Assembly: GCA_016699635.1 (NCBI GenBank)
Contig: CP064983.1
Coordinates: 3,176,078 to 3,240,077, forward strand
Direction: 5' to 3'
Length of the DNA: 64,000 nt
Source: Bacteroidota bacterium
Lineage (GTDB): Bacteria > Bacteroidota > Bacteroidia > AKYH767-A > OLB10
The notes beneath the pieces were generated by a model. The model saw only the letters and a list, made by a program, of their open reading frames with translations, had not been told where the DNA came from and did no database searches. A program made the position numbers and the translations under genes. This document shows, piece after piece, positions 44,944-55,205 of this stretch; position 1 is the stretch's first letter, and each line of letters begins with the position of its first letter.

Positions 44944-45363
44944 CTACTTTGCATTTAGTTCTTCCCTTAGTTTATTCATTGAGTTTTCAAACAGTTTATT
45001 GCTTTTCAATTTACATTCCCAAATAGTTAATACTGTCCAACCTGATTTTTTTAATTCTGCCTTTACTTTTTTGTCTCGTTCAATATTGTTCTGAATTTTT
45101 GTTTTCCAAAATTTTGCATTTGAAGTTGGCAACTTTGCCTTGTTGCAATTATGTCCATGCCAAAAACATCCATGAACAAAAACTATCGTTTGATACTTGG
45201 GTAAAACTATATCTGGTGTCCCTGCAAGAGTTTTTACATTTTTCCGAAACTTAAATCCTTCTTTAAACAAAAACTTTCTGACTGATATTTCCGGCTTAGT
45301 TTCCTTCCCGGAAATTGAAGCCATAATTTCACTTCGTTTCCGTTTAGAAAAAATGTCAGCCAT
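44944..45363 (-). CDS. vsr: Very-short-patch-repair endonuclease (T:G mismatch-specific)
   Basis: The Vsr signature is FVHGCFWHGH...TPDIVLPKY...VLTIWECKL. The start overlaps the upstream gene's end by 8 nt. Confidence 0.85.
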   Translation of the reverse strand: MADIFSKRKRSEIMASISGKETKPEISVRKFLFKEGFKFRKNVKTLAGTPDIVLPKYQTIVFVHGCFWHGHNCNKAKLPTSNAKFWKTKIQNNIERDKKVKAELKKSGWTVLTIWECKLKSNKLFENSMNKLREELNAK

Positions 45364-47137
45364 TTAATGCACGAATTGATTCAATAATTGTTACAATATC
45401 GTTGTAACTATTTGGTTTATCACTCAGCCACTTTTCTAAAAATGTTTTCTCACTTGCTTCAATATTTCTCTTATCACCAGTCATTGCCTCCGCAACTAAA
45501 AGAAATTTCTCTTTGAAATCTTGTGTAGCGTTGATTCTTTGAATGTATTCAATTTTACCCATCGCAGTCAAAATAGTTTCAGCTAAAACTTGATTCCAAA
45601 TAATTTCTTCTGGAACTGATAATGGTAAGTAGGAAACATTTCGCAAATAAAATTTCAGATACTTTTCTCGCAACACTTTTTCTTGGTCTGCTCTTGCCCC
45701 TGCATTTGGATTTCCGTCAGGATAAAACTTAACATTGACTCCTGTTTGATTTTGGATTTCCTGTTGGTATCGTTCATTGGTTTGTTCTGCTGCTACAATA
45801 GAATCAGGATTAAAGTGAGCATGTCTTTGGTCTCCGTCAAAAACTATAAACTTATTCCGTTCGTTTGCATGACTGTAAACACTAATGAAATGTTCTTTAA
45901 TAACGCTTTCACCTCCCGTGTAAAAAGTAACATTGAAAAGTGAAGCAGTTGCTTGTCCTAATTCTCTTAATACACCATCAATAATTTGCTTTGAAAGCAA
46001 ATCTTCAACAATGATTTGTTTTCCTTGCCGGATTTGTTTGCTCCAAATGATAAAACGCTTCATCAGGTGTGATTTCATTTTTAACATTGAATTTTCCAGA
46101 AGGTAATAGTGAGAAAACTTTTATTGCGTTTGGCGGAAGTTCCTCAATAATACTTGGTGAGTGGGTTGAGATTACAACTTGTAATCTTTTTCGTCTTGTT
46201 TCTTCAAGCAAAAATTGCTTCAATCGTTTTTGCGCTCCCGGATGCAATGAAACTTCCGGCTCATCAAGTAAAATGAGAGAATATTCTTTTGCTCCTAAAA
46301 CTTCAAGCACCAACTTTACAACTGCCATTTCTCCGCTTCCTGCAAACGCTTCGGAATATGAGTAACTGGCGGTTTCAAAAATTACGGAGTAGCCCCATTC
46401 TTCAAAAAGTTTATGCTTTACAAACTTTCCCGAAACATATTTTTTACCAAGTATGGTAGAAATATGCTGAAGTTCAATTGCTGTGAAAGTTTTGAGTTGC
46501 TCGTTTTTGTTTTCACCGTAGCGATGAATTATAACATTTGTTCCGTCAATAATTCTTCGAAGAAAAACTGAATGCTTCCGTAAGTAGTCCTGTTTGTTAT
46601 TTATCGTTTTAGACTTTCTTGGTTTCTTGAAATAAAAGTATTTGTCAAATGCACTTAACTCTGAACGGAAATCAATATACACTACATCTTTTTCAATCGG
46701 TTGATTTCTTTTTCCCTCTGCTATCTTCTGCATTCCGTAGCTGATATTCGGTCTTGCAGTTTCCCAATAGTCCGGATTGTTTCGTTTGAAAATTCTTTGT
46801 TTCAAAACTTCAAGCGGTCTGCCACGATTGTCTTTGTAAACATAAAAGAAGCTATGCCTATCGCCTCCTTCCGAAACTTCTACAATCGGGTCAACAGCAG
46901 TTGAAAACCAAAATTCAAACGGAGTATTTTTTTCGGTGCTCCATAAAGTGCATGAAGTGTTGAACTTTTTCCCGAACCGTTTTGCCCTACAAAAACTGTC
47001 AGAGGAAAATCAAAAATTATTCGTGTGTTTTTTTCAAGGTTTCGGAAATATGGAAACTGAATATACTCAATGAAATTTCTGAAAGCATTTCTTGCTTTCA
47101 TTCTTGAAATTTCAGCTATGAGAGTTGGTATATTCAC
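45356..47137 (-). pseudogene. OLD-family nuclease-like protein: ABC-type ATPase (Walker A/B, D- and H-loops) fused or coupled to a C-terminal Toprim domain; three ORFs in shifted frames
   Basis: ORF 46880..47137 has Walker A VGQNGSGKSS. ORF 46005..46805 has Walker B/D-loop LILLDEPEVSLHP and H-loop ISTHSP. ORF 45356..46087 has Toprim motifs IIVEDLLSK and FIVFDGDQ. The ORFs overlap by 83 and ~75 nt. Confidence 0.6.
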
Positions 47138-47142
47138 AAATG

Positions 47143-48770
47143 CTATGGTTTTTCAGAGTCGTTAAGTCGTTTGAATAAATGAGATAACAAACTAAGGAAG
47201 TCCAAACAATCTTTTTCTGAAAACAAACCTGTTTTACTTAACTCAAGGTGTTCCTCGTGTTGCAAAGGGTTTCTGCCGCCTGCAACAATACCTTCGGATA
47301 GATAGTGTTGTCCTTCTTCAATATTGGTTATTGTATCTTTTGTAAAATCTGTTCCATCAGTTTTCTTATACTTTTTCGTTACCGAAAGTTTACGACCAGA
47401 AAAAACTTCTCCCATCATACTTCTTTCGCTGCCATTTGTGCTACCTGACTTCTTTCTTACTTCTGAGGTATATCGTTTTAATGCTTCAATAAAAGCCGTG
47501 TAATAGTCAGCACTCTGATAATATTTTTCAGACACCACTTTAATTTCATTTTCTAAATTTCTCCAATGGAGATTTGCATATTCAGGGGCTATATCATGCA
47601 ATAATCTTGTCACCACCTGTTGTGTGTCTTCTGAAATTTCAGGTGTGTCATCCAATAGGTTTACAATTGTTTCAACTTGCCCTTGCACATTTTGAGGAAG
47701 TTTTTCTAACCAATCTTTTACATTCAAGTTTACCTTTTCACTTATCTTCTTTTTCTTTTTCTCCTTACGAAATTCACGCCACTGCCTTTCTATTATTGAA
47801 AGGCATGATGCAATATATTTCCTGAGTGCGGATGTCTTGGCATTTTCCCAGTCAATGGATTGACGGTTTGTTGAGATTACATCTTCTTCCCAATTGTCAA
47901 TAAAATCTACATTCAACCATCCTGTGGCATAAGAATAAAAGTGGCTTGATTCTGATGGACCAAAAAATTCAGGTGTGTTAACCATTCTGCCGTTAGCAAA
48001 AAGTGTAACGCCTCTGAGAGCAGCTTTGAGAGGTTTTTCTGTGGTAATTATTGTTCCATGAATTTGAACTTTGTCGGAATAATCCTTCTCATTTACTTTG
48101 ATAATTTCTTGTATGTCCCACTCAAATTCAGGAGTAATGTTATCATACTTCAGTTTGTTATCAATCTTTATCGGCTTGCTATCATTCAGCAATAAGTAAA
48201 CAATAAACTTGTCTTGAAAGTTGAAAAGTTTTGCAATGCTTTCTGCATATTCTTCAAGAGGAAATCCGGTTTTTCTTTTCAGATTGGTTAATGTGATTCT
48301 TGTTCCTTTGAAAATTTCCTTTTCTGATAAATGGTCAAATCTGGGTTCATAATCTTTCCCTTTCCAAGCAAGTATTTCATTCCAGTCAAGATTGAAACTT
48401 ACTCCCGATTTTCCTTGGCAAGTTGTAATGTTTATAGTGTCGCCAATTCCAAATAGAGCTAACTTTCCTAATCCTTTTTTTCCTGTTGGAATTCTATCGC
48501 AACTTGATTTTTGACCTTCCTCTCGTCTGTTTCTTCCTATTCTTAAAAAGTAATCATTCACTTCCGCAAACGACATTCCCGTTCCGTTATCCTCAACAAT
48601 TACTTTTTCTCCCCTTCGTCATACAAACGCACATGAACCTCTGTAGCACACGCATCATAAGCGTTTGCAATTAATTCCGCTAATGCCGGTGGCATGTTGG
48701 AATACATTTTAACACCAAGATGTTTTATGGTGTTAGCTTCAAAGGTCATGTAAAGTTTATCATTGCTCAT
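47143..48770 (-). pseudogene. MutL/MORC-like GHKL ATPase with a C-terminal HEPN (Rx4H) domain; frameshift at ~48577-48600
   Basis: ATG at 48770 overlaps the dcm stop as ATGA. Bergerat motifs: N-box ELIANAYDA, then in the 477-aa ORF frame G1 (DNGTGM), G2 GKKGLGKLALFGIGD and GTRITL. The C-terminal HEPN motif is GGRNPLQHEEH. Confidence 0.6.
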
Positions 48771-49844
48771 TTCGGATTACAATTTATGATGCTTGCAGCA
48801 ACACGCATTGATAATTGCGGTGGAACCGCATTGCCAATCAATCTTGCTGTTGATGCAATTGAAGTAGAAAGAAATTTGTAATCAGTGTCAAAAGTTTGCA
48901 GCGTTGCACCTTCTCTTAATGAAATGGCTCTGTTCTGTTCTGGATGAGCAAATCTTCCGTTGGTTATACTATAAAACTTTTGTTGTGATTGTTGGTCCAG
49001 GTTTGTCCCAAAACATTCTACCATAGATGTCTTGAAATGAGTTGTCTTTGCCAACATAAGCCGGAATTTGCAAGTCAGTATCTTTCCACGAAGTTCTTGT
49101 TCCTCCGTCATGTGGAGTTAAGAGCAATCGCTTTAAATTATTGTCTGATAGTCCGGCTGAACTGTGAAGGAACTCCGTCTTATCTTTTTGCCCCGCTGTA
49201 ATTGGTTTGAAAACCTTTTTATTGCCAATGAAATTCCGAACTGTCGGCAGCTTTGTTTTTGTGTCGGGAAGTGGCAAAGATATTTTGTCGGTAACTCGTG
49301 ATGCAATCAACAGGAATCTTCTTCTTGTTTGTGGCACTCCGTAATGGCTGGCATTAATTACTTTGTATTTGTAGTGATAGTTTTCTTTTTCTAGAAAGTC
49401 AAGAAATGATTTCAAAGGGCTTTCATCTAAACGATTTAAAATCCCTGGAACATTTTCAACCACTATGTAACCAGGTTTGAAGTAATCAACAAATCTCTGA
49501 AAGTCCTTCAATAAGTTTTTTGTTTCATGTGCCTTAGTTTTATCGGTTTGAATCTTGCTCCAGTATTGGCATGGGCTGCACCCAATGAAAATCATTTTTT
49601 TGTCATTGCGTTTTACTTTCAGCTCTTTTTCAATTCTTGAAAAAGCTAAGTCCTGAATGTCAGCATGTATAAATTTTGAATCGGGATTATTAGTTGTATA
49701 CGTTTCTTTACACTCTAAATCAATATCAATTCCGCCAACAACGTTTACTCCTGCCTTCCGAAAACCGCTTGTCATGCCGCCTCCGGAACAGAAGAAATCC
49801 ACAGCTTTAAATTTTCTTTTTGTCTTTGATTTTTTACCTTTCAT
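48767..49844 (-). pseudogene. dcm: DNA (cytosine-5)-methyltransferase, frameshifted between the TRD and motif IX
   Basis: Motif I is DFFCSGGGM, IV is GCSPCQYWS, VI is ENVPGIL and VIII is QTRRRF. In a second frame, IX is RAISLREGATLQTF and X is GNAVPP. The junction is at acaaaagtttta. The likely start is the ATG at 49844. Confidence 0.8.
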
Positions 49845-49904
49845 AAACGGCTGCGAATTTATGATTTTCACTCTTAAATTCATACGAAATCGCAATAAAG
49901 CGTT

Positions 49905-49966
49905 GGCAAAAAGTGGCTCTTTTTGTTTTGCCTCTGTGGTGGGTCGTGTGTTGCGGCAAAACAAAA
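49905..49966 (-). promoter_or_regulatory. Overlapping alternative hairpins in the dcm 5' leader
   Basis: ggcaaaaag/ctttttg (49905-49925) and ttttgttttgcc/ggcaaaacaaaa (49921-49966, 22-nt loop) share the ttttg segment, so they are mutually exclusive. Confidence 0.3.
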
Positions 49967-50339
49967 TGTGCCACTTGTGCGGTTGCCATAGAAATCATTT
50001 TTTTTTGTGCGTTGGCGGTGTTTTAATTTTTTGAAGGTTGCCTGTTGGTTAGAAGTGCTGTCATAATTATTACTTGTCATCTTAAATGTTTGTTCAAAGT
50101 CCGTCCGTTTAATGTCCGCATGGTCGCAAATAGAGTTACCGATAACGAAGAAGGGATTAACGAAGTTTAAAAAAGAAGGAGATAGAAAGCACACACTCTC
50201 CGCACCGATACGCTTTATTACCTGCACTCACTTTCAAGTGGCTGTAATGCCCTTCTTTTTTAAATTTCGTTTAATCTATTGTTATGCGCGCGTGCTACGA
50301 TCTACACGAAGAGTCAGATCTATATTCACTTATTATAAA

Positions 50340-50930
50340 TTACAATGGTGTTATTAAAACTTTTAATCTTCCATCACCGTCCCATTCTGCTTGAGTTCCG
50401 TTTAGTCCTGTTCTTCTCATTGTTGCTCCATTTCTTGATGGTAATGCTTTGATTTGGTCACCTGGTTTAATTCCTCTTACAACATACTCATTGCTTACAA
50501 GATTTTGTGCAAGACCATTTATGCAACGTCCTCCATTTGTAACTTCTGGTCTTATAATTTTCAAATCTTCAAAATGTTTATTTACAGCTTGACCTTCTAA
50601 GCAGAAATTAACAAATTCTTTCTCACCTTCATCTGTTTTAGACCCAACATCCATGATGACAATCTTGTAATCACCCGCTTGAGTAAATTCATAAGCACCC
50701 CAAGCACTTGCAGATTCTACAATAAAATTAGAGGAATGGATCGTGGTTGTATAGGCAGGTGTTATCATTGCAGAGACAGGTGTTTTGGTTATAGAGTCAG
50801 GGGCTGTTATTTTAAAGCCAGGTGTCACTGCTGTGGTTGTGGTCGTAGTGGAAACTGATTTTTTTCCGGTGCCACAGGATGATAAGAAAAATACTATTGA
50901 GATAAGAGTAATGGGTATTAATTTTTTCAT
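50340..50930 (-). CDS. Lipoprotein of unknown function
   Basis: A signal peptide with lipobox FLSSC is followed by a Thr-rich linker TTTTTT. Confidence 0.55.
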   Translation of the reverse strand: MKKLIPITLISIVFFLSSCGTGKKSVSTTTTTTAVTPGFKITAPDSITKTPVSAMITPAYTTTIHSSNFIVESASAWGAYEFTQAGDYKIVIMDVGSKTDEGEKEFVNFCLEGQAVNKHFEDLKIIRPEVTNGGRCINGLAQNLVSNEYVVRGIKPGDQIKALPSRNGATMRRTGLNGTQAEWDGDGRLKVLITPL

Positions 50931-51169
50931 TGCATGTAAATTTATTTTGTTTTGCTTACTCTTTGACGGATTTTCAGCTTACTCCATATTATATATTGGT
51001 GTCAATGTTTATTTCTTCCGATCACTTTCAAAATTAGCACTCCCCCCAAGCATGACGCATAACATTTATATTATCAACACTCACAATTCACAAATTTATT
51101 CATTTTGAAACAAATATAAAAATTATTCGCAACTCAAGGTGCGGATTATCGCAACTGTCAAAAGCGTAG

Positions 51170-51300
51170 TTTGCCTTAGGAAGTTTGAATGTTTGGCAAG
51201 TTGCAAGGTTTAGAAGGTTACAATGTTTTGAATGTTTGAAGGTTTTGAATGTTACAATGTTTTGAAGGTTTGAGGGTTTTTAAAATGTTGTTGCCTTGAA
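51170..51300. repeat. Short-period tandem repeat tract
   Basis: Units aaggtt(t/a)/gaatgtttg/acaatgttttgaa recur about 8 times. Confidence 0.5.
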
Positions 51301-51339
51301 CTTGCAATGTCTAAATTGAATTCTCTTTCAAAATTTTCA

Positions 51340-51545
51340 AACTTTTCAGCCGTGGCTAATTTTCAAACTTGTCAGCCGTTGCTGATTATCTAATTATCAA
51401 ATTTTCAAATTACCTCAGTATTATTTACTCCATCACTCCTATCAGCCGTGGCTAATTTTCAAATTATCTAATTATCAAATTTTCAAATTACCTCAGTATT
51501 ATTTACTTCATCACTTCTATCAGTTGTGGCTCAGCCGTGGCTGAT
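51340..51545. repeat. Two direct copies of a ~65-bp unit, each bounded by the motif tcagccgtggct(a/g)at
   Basis: The unit tctaattatcaaattttcaaattacctcagtattatttact(c/t)catcact(c/t)ctatcag occurs at 51388..51452 and 51466..51528. The motif tcagccgtggctaat or a variant occurs at 51346, 51372, 51442 and 51530, and on the reverse strand at 33306. Confidence 0.55.
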
Positions 51546-51654
51546 TATCAAATCATCTCATTTTCAAATTATCAAACTCTCTTTATCATTCATAAAAAAA
51601 AACACCGAAATCTAAAAAACTGATTCCGGTGTTTTTCTAAACGGGATTATTCTT

Positions 51655-54600
51655 TTACCGTTTTATAATCTTTGAATTGTAAAATTTATTGTCTGCTTTT
51701 ATTTGCAGATAGTACATGCCTTGTGAGATATCATTCAGCGGCATTTTATAAACATCTGAAATGATATTAGCTGCTGAATACACCAGCTTACCATCCATTG
51801 CAAATAATTTCACTTCAACATTTTTAAAATCTTTGGTAATTATGGTTAACTCATCCTGAGCAGGATTGGGATAAACAGTTACACTATTGATAGAACTAAA
51901 ATCTTTAGCCGAAGTTACCATTGTTGATGGTGGAAACTGAATATTATCGAGCATAGCCAAATCCTGTCCGCCCGTGCAACACACTTCATCCTTAATATAT
52001 GCCCACGTGAGTGTATGTTGTCCTAAAGTTATCGGATATGATTTATATGCCCAGCCATACACACCGGAATAGGAATCAATCAATGTACCATCTATGTAGA
52101 AACTGAGAAAATCCCATCCCATTTCACTTGATATGAGCATATAAAACGAAATAGAATCGTTGTTATAAACATTTACTGTTATTGCCAGATCAGAAGTGTC
52201 GCCATCAGCAATTGTTGCAGAACGTGCAGAATACGCCCCTTGAAAAGTTCCGCTGTTAGTAATAGTCCATGGATGACTTCCATTATTAAGCCAGGGATAT
52301 GTAGTGAAATTTCCGTATTCGAAATTCTCTAAAATCTCCCCTGCAACCATGTTAAATGTCTTGTTGTCGGAATATGGGTTGGCATCAATATTAAATTGCA
52401 TATCGAAGGTTGAACCAATCTGAATGTTTGATGCAAGTGAGACATTAAAGGTAGCATCAACATCAGATAATGACTGTACAACACCTGTATTGTACGAAGT
52501 ATTGTTGATAGTAAGATATGGACTGCTTGTTGCCAGCGTTGCTGTTGAAGCTGTAGTTGCACTATGTCCTTTGTTATTTGTCTTTATTGTAACATCGGCA
52601 GTTTCACCTGGTTCAAGAATACCGTTGTTGTTTCCTGTAGGGTCAGACACTGTAATGGAATATACTTGCAGCATAGGTGCTTTCAACAAATGTGTTATGG
52701 ATGTACTCCACACTGTACCTGCTGAATCGGTTAATACAATATCAAATACTGCAGGTGTGTTATCAGGAACAAAAGCTGCAACAGTGTAATTAAATGCATT
52801 GGTAATTCCAGCAGCGTTTCCACTCTGAATATTCACTTTGTTTAAACTGCTGCTGTTTATTGTAACATACGGACAAGTAGTAGTTACCGTAAGTCCAACC
52901 CCCACAGCATCGCCCTGTCCAAAGTTTTCAAGCATTAAGTCAACATCTATAATCTCATTATAATCTGCAAGTTGATTTGCATTTCCTCCTGCATCATTAA
53001 TAACATTGCTTGTCAGCGAAACGTAAGGTCCTGTAGTTGCTACAACAGGAATTGCCACCATGTATGGAATGCCGTTAAATGCAGTAATTGTTAAATACAG
53101 AGTATCGAGTGCAGTAATGGTGTTGAAATTTAAAATTACATTCCCTCCTATCACCAATCCTGTTGCAAGTATTTGTCCATTGCTGCTCAAACATGCAAGT
53201 CACTGTCTGTATTACAGGCAATATTTAGTGAAGCACCGGGAAACAATACAGGGCTGTGACTAGCAGTAATTGCATAAGGTGTTGCTGTACGAACATTTAA
53301 TGAAGGGTCGCCAAAACAATGCCATGTGTCTGTCATTTCGAAACCTGCTGCACCATACTGATCATTCATGTGCATGCAGCCATTCATACTCAGTCCGCCA
53401 AAAGTTCTTTTAATGTTTGAAGAATTTGTGCCAACCAATAAGTCAACCATTTCGTCCTGTGCATCCATTGGCGGATTCCATGATTGGTTTATGCTCGACA
53501 TAAATGTGGCTACTGCACCTGAAGGCTGTCCATTATATTGTGCTCTCAAAAATGATTCTGCAAGACAAGTAGCATTTGCAAACTCTCCATTGACACAAGC
53601 TACACTCCAGATAAAAGGCAACATGCCTGTGTTTGTTAATGCTGTTGCATTGGCATTAGAAAAACCTGTTGTGCCTAATGAAGCAGAACTTCCATGACCA
53701 GTATAAGTGATTATAGAAGCACCATTATTTATTTCTGATGATAACATTGCAGCAGTAGGATTACCCGACATATCGTTTCCACCTTGTGAGCCATCATACA
53801 ACTCAGCAACATCAGTATAAGTGAATGCTAATTCTTTTCCGCGTATCACCTGCTGATGCTGAAAGTCCATTTCATTGTCATCACCCGGTCCTTGGTCAGA
53901 GCCAATGCATATTCCTTTTGAATACCAGTTTACACCTGGCGTTGGCAACATTTCATAATCAACAGTACGCTGAACTTGTGTAGTAACATCTGCCACTGTC
54001 TGTGCACTGAATCGTCCAACAAATACTTCTGCATAAGAATCATTCCCCACAAGATAACCATACGATGGGTCAGATGCACCACCTGATAAAACAGGAGTGG
54101 GAATTTGTTGTGCATCGCCTACCAACAAAACATATTTCAGATTATGTGTGTTGTAATAATTCTGAATGAATGTTTTTATCTGTTGTGCTGTGCTGCCTGC
54201 TGTGGCTACATCAACCATTGAAACCTGCAAGCCTCTTTTTATCTTCCAGTCAATAAAGGGCTGCATAGCTGCCATAAAAGATGCATCACTGATAATGAGC
54301 ATTTCACCATCTTCATTCACCGGTAAATAATTAATAAATGAACCTGCATTGCGAAAAACGTTCTGATAGATATTTGCAAAATCACGATCAACTTTCTGGA
54401 GTGATGTTGTGCGAGATAATGTATTAACAGAAGTGCCGGCTTTACTTTGCAGGGTAACTTTAAATTTTGAAATTACTTTTAAAGTTTGTGTTGCTGCATT
54501 ATAGCTGAATGGATTTACTACCACTGTCTGCCCACGAAAATCACGAAGTATAAACGGGCTACGCAAAAAGCCACTGTTAGCAGGAAAAAAAACATTCTGA

Positions 54601-55025
54601 CTGTAAATATCTCCAAAGCGATAAGGCACATCAGATGGCTTAATATCTCTGTAAAGATTTCCTTTAGATGGTGCTATCTGAATATTCTGAAAAGTAAGTT
54701 CCTCAATTGACTCAATATTCAGGCTCATATCTCCGTCATCAGGAATAATCACAGATAAAGCAAACTTTGGCAAATCCGGTGTTCCTTCTTCCATTCTTGG
54801 AGTCATTTCGGGGCTTGAAATGGTATAGTACTCTCCTGCTAAAGATTTTACTCTGTGCTTTTCAAATCCTGAAACAGAAATTTCCATTACAGTATTATCA
54901 GGTGTACCACTTACTATAACAGCAGATTTTGAAGGATTGTCAGAGGTAATCTTAACCCATTCTGCATTTCCCTGTAAAGCAAACAATGCTATAAAGAAAG
55001 TGGTAACGATTGTCTTTTTTTGCAT
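51655..55025 (-). pseudogene. Gingipain-like C25 cysteine peptidase with Ig-like/FN3-like domains and a T9SS C-terminal sorting domain; frameshift at ~53190
   Basis: The 612-aa ORF has a signal peptide, the catalytic His block ITYTGHGSS and the Cys block IWSVACVNGEF. The 511-aa ORF, overlapping by 4 nt, ends in the CTD VYPNPAQDELTI...MYYLQIKAD. Confidence 0.7.
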
Positions 55026-55205
55026 GACTAAATTTGTTTACTCAAAATTAAGTCTTTTTTTGAATACTATCCGTGATTTTAACAAAATAATTTACCACAG
55101 CCCCTTGTTAACTTTGTTGAAATATTTTTTCAGGTTAGTGAATAATTGTTTCTGAATCTGAAGCAAAAAACTAATTTTGCACTTATAATTCAATCTTATT
55201 TATAC

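Noticed and set aside
44944-49844. Interpreting dcm and vsr as an ordinary orphan Dcm-Vsr pair
   Set aside because: They are separated by ~3.4 kb encoding two ATPase/nuclease-type proteins on the same strand, with start/stop overlaps linking all four genes. The chromosomal E. coli-type dcm-vsr overlap arrangement does not apply here.
49657-50357. ORFs 49657..50034 (+), 49880..50227 (-) and 50112..50357 (+) upstream of dcm, considered as a possible C-protein (controller) gene
   Set aside because: None contains an HTH-like segment. They overlap the dcm 5' end or leader and look like chance ORFs.
51100-51600. Possible CRISPR array
   Set aside because: The repeats are not regularly spaced short palindromic units with unique spacers. 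The 65-bp units are adjacent near-identical copies and no cas genes are nearby.
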